NCBI RefSeq assembly: GCF_004010195.1
Contig: NC_057719.1
Coordinates: 70,668,692-70,732,691 of the forward strand
Origin: Chiloscyllium plagiosum
Lineage: Eukaryota
Direction: 5' to 3'
Length of the DNA: 64,000 nt
Below, one piece after another: positions 12,241 to 25,524 of this stretch; position 1 is the first letter of the stretch; each line of letters begins with the position of its first letter. The notes under the pieces were generated by a model. The model saw only the letters and a program-made list of their open reading frames with translations. It was not told the DNA's origin and did not search any database. Made by a program: the position numbers and the translations under genes.

Positions 12241-13725
12241 GGATGATAACTTGGACATTAAAAAGGCCTACTACCAGACTCAGATGGACCATTCAGCTGT
12301 CTGACATTATAATCTCCCTCACCAAGTATTGTTGATCTTTTCACTAATTTACAGATGAATGATTCAATGATCTTGGAACTTAATGATTAGTATATAAATA
12401 GAATGTGCTGACTGCTGTCTTATATTGATGAATCTTTACTGGAGTAACAACTCAGATAAATATGTGTTCTTCAGGCCTACAAACTTCCAAGTAGCTCAGG
12501 CAAATGGAAACATTAAATGGTAATACACAACGGAAGCATTAACCAGGTTGAAAACACTCAAGCAAATACCTGGGACAGTTTCAGCCAATTTGGCATCAAA
12601 TGGAATTTACAGACAGAGTGTAAGGTAAATGCAACCAAATATAGCTCAGCAATCTATCAGACTCCAATAGAGAATGCTTACCTGAAGCAGTTTATTATCA
12701 GTAACAGGACTAATGAAAATACATTATTCACTAGAAGGCAGATTGGTCATATACAAAAACTCATTTTACCAAGATAATCTAATAATAAAACAGATATGAA
12801 TGTATGGATGTAGTCCAACTGTTTTGTTTTGTCATTTTGACTCTAGTTAACTCTGTATTAGGAGTTAATTACCCAGAAGTAGCTTTGGTTGGCAACTTTA
12901 GATATCTGCTGTTAATTAAAATTAACCATGTCACATTTAGATTTTTGCGTTGTTTAGTGTAGCAGGTTGCTAAAACTGCAAGCTCATAATGTCACACAGA
13001 GGTAGATGGAGAATGTGGAACTTGAGTGCATAGGGCAAAAATACAGAGTATCTGCTTAATTGTTCAAATTGCAGGATTATGAAATAAAACAGTACACCAA
13101 TGAACAAATAAGTGTACATAAGGGTGCCTGAATTAAATAACAAATCAAGTAAAGCAAGATAAATAAAGGATAGAGCCTGGTGAAGCATCTGACCATAAGA
13201 CCATAAGATAAAAGCTAAATTCAGCCACCAGGCCATTAGACCCTTTGAGTCTGCTCCACAGTCGATCACACCTGATATGTTTCTCAACCCCGTTCTTCCA
13301 TCTTCTCCCCATTAAATTTGATCCCCCCCTATCAATTAAGAACTATCTAGCTCTGTCTTACATACATTCAATAACTTGGCCTCCACAGCCCTCTGGAGCT
13401 ATGAATTCCACAGTTTTACTGCCCTATGGCTGAAGAAATTCCTCATCATCTCAGTTTTAAAGAGTCATCTATTCACTCTGAGACTGTGCCCTTGGGTCCT
13501 AGTTTCTCTTACTAGTGGAATTGCTTTCGCCACATCTGCTCTATCCAGGCCTCTCAGTATTCTCTAAGTTTCAATGAAATTCTCCTCATTATCCTTCTAA
13601 ACTCCATCGAGTAAACACCTGGAGACTTCATATGAAAAGAGCTTCAACTCTGGGATCATTCTTGTTGACCTCCTCTGAACCTCCTCCAACGCCAGCACAT
13701 TCTTCCTTAGATATGGGGCTCAAAA

Positions 13726-13985
13726 TTAGAATAATCCACCCAGACCCATTCCACTACCCTATATTTTGCCTGATTCACCTAACCTACACACCCCTGAACA
13801 CTTTAGCATGGCCAATTCACTGAACCTGCACATCTTTGGATTGTGGGAGGAAACTAGAGCACCTAAAGGAAACCTACGCAGACATGGGGAGAATATGCAA
13901 ACTCCACACAGACAGTCGCCCTGGTCGAACCCAGGTCCCTGGTGCTATGAGGCGGAAGTGCTAACCACTGAACCACCATGCCACC
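13726..13985 (-). mobile_element. HE1-type tRNA-derived SINE
   Basis: Reverse complement begins ggtggcatggtggttcagtggttagcact (A box) ... ggttcgacc (B box), with body 'gtggagtttgcatattctcccc'. Confidence 0.9.
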
Positions 13986-16900
13986 TACTAATTGCTCACA
14001 ATATTCAAAATACAATCTGAACAGACTCAGCATAACATTTCTGTTCTTGTATTCTAGCCATTTTGAAAGTGAATGCTAACAGTGCATTTGCCTTCCTAAC
14101 TGCAAACTGAACCTGCATGTTAACCTTAAAAGAATTCTGAACTAGGACTTCCAAAGCCTTTCTCTGTTTAGAAAATAGTCTATGTCTCTATTCTTCCTTC
14201 CATGGTACATAAATTCACACTTTCCCACATTGTATTTCATCTGCCACTTCTTTGCTCATTTTCCTACTCTGCAGCCTCCTTGTTTCCTCAACACTACTTG
14301 ACTCTCCGTCTATCTTTGTGTCATCTGCAAACTTAGCAACAACACCCTCAATTCCTTCACACAGATCATTAATGCATAACGTGAACAGTTGTGGTCCCAA
14401 CATGGACCCCTGCAGGGCTCCAATAGTCAGCAGCTGCCATCCTGAGAAACACTTCACCCCCATTCTCTGCCTTCTGCCAGTCAGCCAATCCTGTATCCAT
14501 GGCAGTACCTTGCCCCTTATACAATGGGTTCTTATCTTATTAAGCAACATGCTATATGGAACCTTGTCAAAGTCCTTCTGGAAATCCAAATAAATCACAT
14601 GCATTTGATCTCCTTTGTTTAAATTGCTCATTACCTCATCAAAGAATTCTATCAGATATGTCAGGCATGACCTCCCCCTCACAAAGCTCTTTTGTACCAT
14701 GCACTTCCAAGTACTCTGCAATCTCATCCTTAATAATGGACCCTAAAATCTGATCAACGACTGAGGTCAGATGAACTGGCCTATAGTTTCAGGTCTTCCT
14801 CCTTCCTCCATTTTAAAACAGAGGTGTTACATTAGCTATTTTCCAGTCTTTTGGGATCCTCCCTGACTCCATTGATTCCTGAACAATCACCAACAGTGCC
14901 TCCACAATCTCCTCAGCTATTTTCTTCAGAATTCTGAGTCTAGTCCATCTGAACTAGTGATTTATCCACCTTCAGACCTTGCAGCTTCCCCAACACTGTC
15001 TCCTTAATGATGGCCACTAAACTCACCTCTGCCCTGACTCTTTTGATATTCTGGTATGCTACTAGTATCTTCCACTGTGGAAACTGATGGCAAAATACCA
15101 GTTCAGTTCCTCCACAATTTCTTTGTTCCCAATACCAGTTCTCCAGCCTCATTTTCCACTGGTCAATGTCTACTTTTGCTTATCTCTTATCTCTTAAATA
15201 TCTTAAAAAAACTCTTGCAATCTTCTTTCATATTACCAGCTAACTTACTCTCATATTCCATCTTCTCACTGCTCATCCTGCCTTCATTGCTTTTTTAGTT
15301 TTCCTCTGGGTTTTTAAAAGGCTTCCTAATCCTCTGGCTTCCATTAATCTTCACCAGATTGTACGCTTTATCTTATACTTTTATGCTGTCCTTAACTTCC
15401 TTTGTCAGCCATCTTGCCTTGTCCTTCACTTAACATGTTTCTTCTTCCTTGTGATAAACTTCTGCTGTGTCTCCCAAATTACCCCCAGAAACATCTACCA
15501 TTGTTGCTTCACCATCTTCCTTGCTAGGTTCCTCTTCAAATCAACACTGGTCAGCTCCTCCATCATGTCTTTGTAGTTATCTTTCTTCAGTTGTAATACC
15601 ATTACATCTGATTCCAGTTTCTCCCTCTCAAACAGTCGGGTGAGTTTCTTTATATGATGGTCACTGCCCCCTCAGGGTTCCTTCATCTTAAGTTTCCTAA
15701 TCAATCTGCCTCATTACACATTACCAAATGCAGAATTTCTTGTTCCCTAGTGGGCTCTGGAACAAGGTGCTCCATCTTGTAGTCATTCCATTCTCTTGAT
15801 TTCCACTCCCAACCTAAATTTCCCAGTCCATCTGCATATTGAAATCCCAGTGATTATTGGAATAGTGCCTTTCTTACCTGCTTTTTCTAATTCATTTTAT
15901 TCCTCACATCTTGAGTAGGGCTTGTACATAACTCTCATCAGGATTTTTTTTCCTTCACAGTTCTTTAACATTTCCCATACGGATTCTATAATTTACAACT
16001 CCATATCACTTCTTGCTATCATTTTAATTGTATTTCTTTCTAACAAGGCAACCTTGCCCACACTGGCCATCTACTTGCCCTTTCAAAAGGACATGTATCC
16101 TTGAATATTTACTTCTTGCCCTCATCGCCTTCCTGTCTCTGTGATACCCACAACATCGTACTTTCCAATTTCATTCTGCGATAAAAAGCTCATTTATGTT
16201 GTTTCATAAACTGTGCATATTAAAGCACAACAGTGCTGTATTGACTGGCCCCCTTCTTACAGTCCTCCCCTGATCTGCTGTGACTGCTGCTAGATTCCTG
16301 AATCTTTCCATTCTCTCTGTTCTATTACTTGTTCTTCTAACTTTAATAACCTTTGCTAACTCCCCCTCCCACCTTTAATTTTTCTCCATACTTTCTCATG
16401 CTACTGAACCCACCTTCCAACTATTCAGTTTAAAGCCCTATCTGGTTATACAACTCACCAGGGCTCTGGTTCCAGCATGTTTCAGGTGGAGCCCATCCAA
16501 TCGGAACAGATCCCTCCTTCCCAGTACCAATGCAGATGTCCCATGAATTCCATCCGTTTCTCCCACACCAATCTTTGAGCCATGTATGTACCTCTTTGAT
16601 CTTGTTGACTTTGTGCCAATTACCTTGTGGCTCAGGTAGCAATCCAGAGATTGTTACCTTTTTTGTTTCTGTTCTTTAGTTTAGCCCTTAGTTGCTCATA
16701 TTCGTTGAGCAAAACCTTTTACCTCTTTCTGCCTTGGTGTCTTGACAATGGGATCCCCTCCCACTCCAAGTTCCTCTGCAGCCTAGATGAGATATCCTAA
16801 AACTGGGCATCAGTCAGACAACTCAGTCTTTGGGATTCCCAATCCTGGACATAGGGAACTATATTATCCCCAACTATGATTGTATCTCGTTTTTCTCCCT

Positions 16901-17267
16901 TCCTCTTGAATGGCTTTCTATACCACGGTGCTGTGGTCAATTTGCTCAACCTCCCTGCAGCTCCCGCTAGCGTCCCACAGGGAGCAAGAATTTCAAACCT
17001 GTTAGACAGTCTCAAGGGCTGAGATTCCTTGAGTACTACCTCCTCTTCCTACTTCACCGATAGTAAGACCCTCCTGTCCCTGACCACTGATTGAATTCCA
17101 TCTTGTTAAGCTAAGTGGTGTGGCTGACTCCTGAAACACTGCATCCAGGTAACTGTCCCCCCTCCCTGCTGTGTCCCAGTTTCCTAAAGGTCAGGCTCCA
17201 GCTCATCAACTCTGAGCCAGAGTTCGTCAAGGTATCAACACTTACTACAGATACGGTCTCTAGGAAC

Positions 17268-18060
17268 CAGAAGAAAGTAAGGACTGCAGATACAGTCAGA
17301 GTTGATAAAGTGTGGCGCTGGAAAAAGCACAGCCCGTTAGGCAGCATCCAAGCAGCAAGAGAGTCAACATTTTGGGCAAAACTCTTCTTCAGGACTGGGA
17401 AGAGGGATGGGGTCTGAGTAATAAATATGGAACAGGGTGGAACTAGGGGAAAGGTAAGTGGGATGGCGATAGGTGGGCAAAGGTAGGAGGTGATCCTGAT
17501 AGGTCGGTGAGAGGGTGGAGTGGATAGGTCGGAAGGAAGATGGACAGGTAGGTCAGATCAAGAGGGTAGATCTGAGTCAGAGGGTTAAATCTGGGATGGG
17601 GTCAGGAGTGCAGAGATTTAGAAACTGGTGAATTCAACATTGAGGTCGTGTAGTTGTAGGCTCCTGAGGCGGAAGAGGAGATGTTCCTCCTCCAGTTTGT
17701 GGGTGGCTTGTGTAGGCAGTGGAGGAGGCCCAGAGTGAATATGTCTTCAGGGAAATGGGAGGGGGGAGTTAAAGTGGACGGCCACAGGAAGTTGGGGTTG
17801 TTTGGTGAGTACAGTCCAGAGATGGGCCTTGAACAGTTCTGCGAATTTGTGCTTGGTCTCTCCAATGTCAAGGAAACCACATTGAGCGCACCGGATGTAA
17901 TAAATGTGGTTGGGTGATGTACAAGTAAATCTCTGCTAGATTTGGAAAGACTGTTTGTGAGGGGGCGGAGAAGTGGGCACAGGTTTTGCACCTCTTACGA
18001 TGACAGGAGAAGGAGCCAGGTGAGGAGAAGGAGTTGTTGGGGAGTGTGGACCTAACAACA
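17268..18060 (-). mobile_element. Penelope-like element (family A) 3' part, nested in CR1
   Basis: 'SPGSFSCHRKRCKTCAH', GIY-YIG region remnants and terminal repeat 17270-17395. Confidence 0.8.
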
Positions 18061-18449
18061 GAACCACTATAGGGTCCACTATCTCCCATATCATGCAGTT
18101 ATAACTCATCATTTGGTCTGGCATCTCTATTTTCCTTACTTAGTTCTTAACTTGAGTTTAAAGCTTCCATATCGGTCTTTTAACTTGCAACTTGTACATA
18201 TTTCCCCCATTTACATTCAGTCAGAAAGTAAACTACAATGGATAGTCACATTAGTTGCTATCACCAACCGACGAATGTACATTTTGCCTGTGATGTCATA
18301 CATTTGTGTTGGGCCCTTGAGACAAGACTTCCGTTTATAAATTTGAAAAAAAACCTTACAAAACGTGAGCTAAAAGAAAACAAGCAAAAAACACCTTTTA
18401 CCCTCTGCACCGAATTCCCATATTGCCTCCAAATTGCCCAAAGTATATA

Positions 18450-19240
18450 CAGAGGAACTTCAATTATCCGAATATCAATTATCCGAATATCGGATTATCC
18501 AAAGAAGATTTTGAGGTCCTGATAGGAACATTATATCAAATAGGTGTTTCCAACACTGATTGTGTCTTTTGTTTACAATGATTAAAAACAAACCCGGCTT
18601 TCTGAAATGCTGCCAAGAACAGTCCTCGACATCGTTGGCAGCCTAGGCACCGTCTCTAAATGACTGACCTCCTGCCCTCTCTCTCCCCACACTTTCCCTG
18701 GAGTTCTAAGACGGGTGTACCCTAAACCCTCCCCTTCCATAGATAATCTTTCCAACATTGTCCTGTACAGGGTGAAGGTGGAACTTGTCAAGAAGTTGCA
18801 GTAAAAATTTGTGTGTGTGTATGTGTGCGTGGGATTTTGAGACTCACGCACCAAAGGAAGCAGCAGTCTTACTGGTGGGAGGGCGTGGACGAGGGCAGGG
18901 TTGTGGGTGGGGCTGGACGGGGTTGTGGGGCGGCAGATGGGGTGCAGCGGCAAGGGCTCACGCGCTGTGTGCTGCTGCCTAGTCTCCTCAACGGGGAGCA
19001 GAGCTAGCAAGTGCTCACCGTGTCAATCCCAAGCTGCAGGTCCCTCACTCACAAGTGTGTGTCTGCTCAGAAACAAACCCTGAGACAGAGAGAGGGAGCA
19101 AAGCAGGCAAAGCGAGGAAAAAGGAAACTTCAGAAAACTCCGAGCCCCAGAGGAGAGGCATTGAATCAATTAACCAAATAATCAATTATCCGAATGGAAT
19201 AGTGCCCGCCCATCTCATTCGGATAATCCAGGTTCCTCTG
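18450..19240. mobile_element. Non-autonomous Tc1/mariner-superfamily (Tigger/pogo-like) MITE
   Basis: 24-bp TIRs cagaggaacttcaattatccgaat / attcggataatccaggttcctctg, each flanked by TA; no transposase ORF. Confidence 0.88.
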
Positions 19241-19791
19241 TACTCACTCGGGCTGTCTCTCACTCCACATGTGATCTCTCCATCCTGATTATGTGAAGCT
19301 GATGATGGTAAACAGGGCAGGTGGGAGCATTTAACTAAGCAGGTGGTAAAATGTCAGCTTTCTGATGGGAGGATAAACCATAGAAAATAATTTGGTGGAA
19401 AATGGCAAGAGGTGGGAATTTTTAAAAAAATACATGCCATTTCTGCTCATCAAAGACACATTTGTCAGACTAAGTAGTATCTTTCGATTAAATTTGCAGC
19501 AAATGAGAAACACTTTCACTGGTAAAAGATGGTATGCAGCAGGTTTGGTGGTCATCATGGTAGCTTGCACTGAGTATGACCTGAGGCTTATTCGCAGGTA
19601 AAGGCATGGTTGGAAAGTGGGGGTTCGTCAAAATTGAAATAGCAAGACAGTATTTTCCTGTTAGCGTGAAAGGCAAAGCTCATGGGTGTAGAGAATGCAA
19701 AGAAATTGAGACTCTGGTCAAGAAAAAAGAGGCATGAATCAAGTACAGATAGCCAGGATCGAGTGAATCCCGAGAGGAATATAAGGGCAGC

Positions 19792-20766
19792 AGGTTTTGA
19801 GAAGATTTGTAGCTCAGGTTGAGGTTCTGGACGTAGATGTGCTCGCTGAGCTGGAAGGTTCGTTTTCAGACGTTTTGTCACCCTACTGGGTAACATCATC
19901 CATGAGCCTCGGATGAAGCACTGGTGGCATGCCTGCTTTCTATTTGTGTTTAGATTTCCATGGGTTGGTGATGTCATTTCCAGGGGTGATGTAATTTCCT
20001 GTTCTTTTTCTCAGGGGGTGGTAGATGGGGTCTAACGCAATGTGTTCGTTGATAGACTTCCGGTTGGAATGCCATGCCTCTAGGAATACTCGTGCGTGTC
20101 TCTGTTTGGCTTGTCCTAGGATGGATGTGTTGTCCCAGTCAAAGTAGTGTGCTTCACCATCTGTTTGTAAGAATACAAGTGAGAGTGGGTCATGTCATTT
20201 AGTGGCTAGTTGATGTTCATGTATCCTGGTGGCTAGTTTTCTGCCCACTTGTCCAATGTAGTGTTTGTTACAGTTCTTGCAAGGTATTTTGTAAATAACA
20301 TTAGTTTTGCTTGTTGTATGTATAGGATGTTTCTAGTTCATTAGCTGCTGTTTTAGTGTGTTGGTGGGTTTGTGGGCTACCATGATGCCAAGGGGTCTGA
20401 GTAGTCTCGGATTTCTGAGATATCTTTGATGTCGCAGAGAGTGGCTAGGGTTTCTGGATGTCTATGCAATGTATTAAATAAGAACGGATACCCACTGAAC
20501 AGTCTGCTGATTTCTCAGCAACAAACCCCAACAAGCAAAAAAATTCCAAAATTTTATCAACAAACACATTGACTTGGATCCCATTTATCACCCCCGAGAA
20601 AAAGAACAGGAAATGATATCACCAACCCAAGGAAAGCTAAACACATAAATAAAAAGTGGGCCATACCAGCAGTGCTTCATCTGGAGGCTCACTGATGATG
20701 TTACCTAGTATGGTAATGAAACATCTGAAAACAAACCTTCCAGCTCAGCGAGCAAACCTACATCCA
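19792..20766. mobile_element. Penelope-like element family C, inverted two-arm insertion with hammerhead motifs
   Basis: 15-bp TSD gaatataagggcagc (19777-19791, 20767-20781); inverted terminal repeats; tca-ctgatga-tgttacc..ggtaat-gaaa-catc-tga at about 20689-20728; GIY-YIG-like remnant on minus strand. Confidence 0.88.
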
Positions 20767-22158
20767 GAATATAAGGGCAGCTGGAGTATATCTCAGAGGG
20801 AAATCAGGAGGGCAAAAAAGAGACATGCAATAGTTCTGGCAAATAGGGTTAAGGAAAATCCAAAGAGATTCTACAAATATATTTAGGGCAAAAGAGTAAT
20901 TAGAGAAAGAATAAGGCCCCTTAAAAATCAACAAGGCCTTCCATGTGTGGAGACATAGTAGATGGTAAGATAATAATTGAATATTTTCCATTAGTATTTA
21001 TTGTGGAGACGGACATGAAAGCTAGAAAACTTGGGGAAATAAATAGTGATATCTTGAAAAGAGTCCACATTACAGAGGTGGAGGTGCCGGACATCTTAAA
21101 TGCATAGAGGTGAGCAAATCCCTCGGACATGGTTGTGTGTATCCGAGAACTTTGTGGGAAGCTAGGGAAGAGACAGCTGGGTCCCTTCCTGACATATTTG
21201 TCTCATTGGTAGCCACAGGTGATAGGCAGAAAGTTGGCCAATGTGCTATCAGTATTTGTGAAAGGAGGTAAGGAAAAGCCAAGGGTACTATAATCCTGGT
21301 TGTCACTGATGAGGCTGGACTACAGTGGTGGATAAGTTGATTGAGGGAATTCTCAGGAACTGAATTTACATGTATTTGGAAAGGTGAGGATTGATTAGGG
21401 ATAGTCAACATGGATTTGTGAATGGGAAATCATGTCTCCCTAACATGATTTAGTTTTTTTGAAGAAGTGACAAAGAAAATTGATGAAGGCAGAGTGGTCG
21501 ACGTTATCACTATGGACCTCAGGTGTTCGACAAGATTCCACATGGTAGACTGGTAAGCAAGGTTAGATCACATGAAATCTAGGGGAAGCTATCCAATTGG
21601 CTACAATGTTGATTTGAAGGTAGGAGACAGAGCGTGGTGGTAAAGGGTTGTTATTCACACTGGAGACCTGTGACCAGAGATATACTGCAAGAATCAGTGC
21701 TAGGTCCACTACTTTTCATCATTTATATTAATGATTTGGATGTGAATATAGGAGATATGGTTAGTAAGTTTGTAAATGATACCAAAATTGGAGGTGTGGT
21801 GGACAGTGAAGGTTACCTCAGAGTACAATGGGACCTTGATCAGGTAGACCAATGGACTAGTGGAGTTTAATATATATAAATGTGAGGTGCTGTATTTTGG
21901 TAAGGCAAATCAGGGCAGGAATTTAATGGTATGGGCCCTGGGGAATATCGCCGAACAAAGAAACCTTGGAATTTCATAGTGCCTTGAAAGTGGAGTCACA
22001 GATAGACAGGATAGTGATGAAGGCATTTGGCAGACTGCCTTTATTGGTTAGTGCATTGAGTATAGGAGTTGGGATATCATGTTTCAGCTGTACAGTGGTA
22101 AGGCTACTTTTGGAATGAAGAGTTCAACATTGGTCTCCTCGTCAAAGGAAAGATGTTG

Positions 22159-22310
22159 CAGCAAATTACTGCAGATGCTGGAATCTGTACTGAAAACTAA
22201 AAATGCTGGAAAACAAAACAGGGCAGGCAACACACATGGAGAGAGTGCTAACATTTTGAGTCTAGGTGAATCTTTGGTAGAGCCTGATTTCTGCTATTTT
22301 TTGTTTTCAG
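22159..22310. mobile_element. Short PLE-derived insertion (family D-like)
   Basis: 13-bp TSD aggaaagatgttg (22146-22158, 22311-22323); 'actgcagatgctggaatctg' start shared with other PLE repeats. Confidence 0.7.
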
Positions 22311-23064
22311 AGGAAAGATGTTGTTAAACTTGAAAGGGTTCAGATTAGATTTACAAGGATATTGCCAGGGATGGAGAGTTTGAGCCATGGGAAGAGGCTG
22401 ATTATGCTGGGGCTTTTTTCCCTGGAATGTTGGATGCTGAGGGGTGACCTTATAGAGGTTTTACAAAATCATAAGGGTCTTTTTCCCAAGGTAGGGGAAT
22501 CCAAAACTAGAGGACATAGGTTCAAGATGAGGGGGGAAAGATTTAAAAAGGACCTAAGGGGCATTTATTTTATGCGTAGAGTGTATGGACCAAAGGAAGT
22601 GGGGAAGGCAGGTACAATTAGGCCATTTAAAAGGCATCTGGATGGGTCTAAGAATAGGAAGTGTTGAGAGAGATATGGGCCAAATGCTGGCAGATGGGAC
22701 TAGATCAGTTTAGAATATCTGGGCAGCAAGGACAGGTTGGACAAATGGGTCTGTTTCTATGCTGTAAAAACACGCTGACACTAAAGACCCAATATATAAT
22801 TCCAAACATTTTAATTCAAATCATTGTGATCACCTGTAAATACATGCACTGCACCTCCAGAGTGTATAGATTTGAGCAAAATGCTATAGAATTGGGAATA
22901 ATTTTAATCTAAAAAACATCTTTCATTGAAAAGGACAAAAATAAGGACATTTATAGATAAAACCCACCTAACCCTAAATGTCTGTTATGGAGGGTAACTT
23001 TATTTCTGAATTGTTATTACAGAACTTTGTATGCAGACTTGTCTGTCATTCATCACCCAATTCT

Positions 23065-23722
23065 TTTTCAAATCATCCGCCGACATTTCCGCCACCTCCA
23101 AAAAGACCCCACCACCAGGGATATATTTCCCTCCCCACCCCTCTCCGCCTTCCGCAAAGACCGTTCCCTCCGTGACTACCTGGTCAGGTCCACGCCCCCC
23201 TACGACCCACCCTCCCATCCTGGCACTTTCCCCTGCCACCGCAGGAACTGTAAAACCTGTGCCCACACCTCCTCCCTCACCTCTATCCAAGGCCCTAAAG
23301 GAACCTTCCACATCCATCAAAGTTTTACCTGCACATCCACTAATATCATCTATTGTATCCGTTGCTCCCGATGCAGTCTCCTCTACATCGGGGAGGCTGG
23401 GCACCTCCTAGCAGAGCGTTTTAGGGAACATCTCCGAGACACCCACACCAATCAACCAAACCGCCCCGTGGCCCAACATTCCAACACCTATCCACTCCAC
23501 CCTCTCCTCCCTGACCTATTACCTTCATCTCCTCCCCCACTCTCCCATTCTACGCTATGCTATTTTCTCCCCACCCCCACCCTCCCCTAGCTTATCTCTC
23601 CACGCTTCAGGCTCACTGCCTTTATTCCTGATGAAGGGCTTTTGCCCGAAACGTCGATTTCGCTGCTCGTTGGATGCTGCCTGAACTGCTGTGCTCTTCC
23701 AGCACCACTGATTCAGAATCTA
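23065..23722 (+). mobile_element. Penelope-like element (family A) 3' part: GIY-YIG endonuclease plus terminal repeat
   Basis: 'PCHRRNCKTC...NIIYCIRCSRCSLLYIGE...LAERFREH...PVAQH' is the PLE GIY-YIG domain. Confidence 0.93.
23624..23659 (+). ncRNA. Minimal type I hammerhead ribozyme motif
   Basis: AUUC-CUGAUGA-A-GGGC(UUUU)GCCC-GAAA-CGUC-GAUU: intact core, 4-bp stem II, ACGU palindromic stem III, GUC cleavage triplet. Confidence 0.8.
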
Positions 23723-24733
23723 GATTCATGTTTAGCCAAACAGATGTTAGCTGAACTAAAGTGAGAGAATGGGGAAGGGAAGGAGTTAATTTCCTACGCA
23801 TTGTTAATTTCATTTTAACACATTTACAACTCATTTTTGTTAGAATTTTTAAATTGGTCTAAGAAGAGAGCCAAGAGGTCAGAATGTAACCAAACTATGC
23901 ACCTTCAAACAGTCTGTCGTATTCCGAGCATGAAATTAAATTCTTTTAAAACTTGTAAAAGCTACTTTTGCTAATCTCCATCGGGTGACACATGCTTACT
24001 TCTGAAAAGGAATGGTAAAGGCAATGGGGTAAAATAACTCTTTATGATGGATGTGCAGAGGTCGTGATTGATGTGTCCTGACATCGTCGTGTCACTGGTT
24101 GCATCTGTTCACATAAATCCTTCATTTTATGTAAAAATCTAATTATAATTAAAATCAACATCTCTATGACTCAGATGGAAGGCTAAGCATAGGTCAAACC
24201 CCAACTGACAATGAAAGGCATGTTCAATGTATTTATCAAGTACTTTGACTCTGGGAACTGTACATAATTTAAAAAATTGCCGTTCAGCTCAAATATGTCA
24301 ACAAATAAAAATTATGAATTCATAACATATTTCTCATCCTCCAATCCAAGCCCCTCCATTGTTTTGTCCTTCTCTTACAGATAGTTTTAATCTCCACTAG
24401 AGTTGCAACTTTTCTGGAGCTTTGTTCTCCTCCACTTTTTGCCATTTATCCAGCAGCTCTCTTCCTGAACCTCACCATCAGTGGCTGTAGCTCCTGTTGT
24501 CCCAGCTTTATTCTCTTCAATTCTCTTCTTTAAGCCGTGCATGATTCAATCCTTCTCTCTTCCTTTAACAGTGACCCTACAAGTCAGGCAAGGTTAAAGA
24601 TGGTTCATTAACTCAAAAATCCATAGTTTCTGCTGCAGTGGACCCAGACAAGGACCTCAACAGGAGACAGTGAAGGATATGTATACAAAGATGCCAAGCA
24701 ACTTGGTTGATCTCATGGTCTTTAGTTCTGGTT

Positions 24734-25369
24734 GGTTATGCTATGGATGAGGACAGACCACTCAAAACATTCTTAAGCAGCCAGCCCTGACCAAAAGTTG
24801 GCAATTTGTTTCAGTAAGTGTAGAGTGAGAATTATCCAGAGTAAGTTAGCTAGGTTGACGACCAGGTTTTAAAACAGACAGAAATGTATTCACAAATTAC
24901 ACAATGAAACACAAAGAACTGAATAAAGAACCCCTACAGACCCCAGTCTATCCAAACTAGACTTAATTATACTGTTATGAATGTACACAACAGTCCCAAT
25001 AAGCAAACCCCTTAAACACAGTAAAAATTAAACAAAAGCTTATAGGTTGACGTTAGAAGGGCAGAAGGAGAGAGAGTTTAGCAACCTGTTTCCTCACAGC
25101 TCCACTGCTGAACTCCAACTCAAACTTCGGTTTCTAGGACTGACCACTCCCCTTTCATTACACAGGTCACTTGTAAAACATAACCACTTTGGCCTGAAGT
25201 CTCATCTGCTTACATAAAAAAAACAGAAAGCCTCTCAATAAGCTCTTTCATCTCTGTACCAAACCAGTCTAATTGGAGCCTGAGTGGCTTACGACCCCTT
25301 TGATAAAAACAATGCACGGTATTTTTGAGAAAAGGAACAGCTTTTAGAAAAAGGGCCAGCTTTGTGACA
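24734..25369 (-). mobile_element. Probable solo LTR (Gypsy-like)
   Basis: Ends in tgtgaca and starts ggttatg (degenerate tgttat); no ORF; similar architecture to 52950-53480; TSD not clean. Confidence 0.45.
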
Positions 25370-25524
25370 GTTAGCATGGAGGAGGGCATTACTCAGTGTG
25401 CCTTCTGCAGTCTCTGCTTCTTCTCTCTATAATGCTGCAGATCCAGAGGCACTGCAACCATTGGCCCCATAAATGCTGCCGCCTTTGTGTGGGGACCTCA
25501 CCTCTTATGCTATCACTGATGGAG

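Larger units (their letters stand above)
13190..18445 (-). mobile_element. Near full-length decayed CR1 LINE (5' UTR, ORF1 esterase-like, ORF2 EN/RT, 3' tail) with nested insertions
   Basis: (cataagac)n tail at 13191; RT 'DFQKDFDKVP', 'QGSMLGP', 'KFADDTK' (14215-14727); ORF1 'LSNRFEIL', 'IIVGDNIV', 'WLKDWC' (16430-17015). Confidence 0.85.
19585..22785 (+). mobile_element. Decayed CR1 LINE ORF2 with two nested PLE insertions
   Basis: 'LANRVKENPKRFYKYI', 'QESVLGPLLFIIYINDLD', 'KFVNDTK', 'RGHRFKMRG'. Confidence 0.9.

Noticed and set aside
18582..19083. CpG-island promoter or host ORFs
   Set aside because: Lies entirely within the TIR-bounded MITE
24000..24104. 105-nt minus-strand exon with GTAAGC donor and one open frame
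   Set aside because: Weak acceptor and unrecognisable peptide; expected by chance
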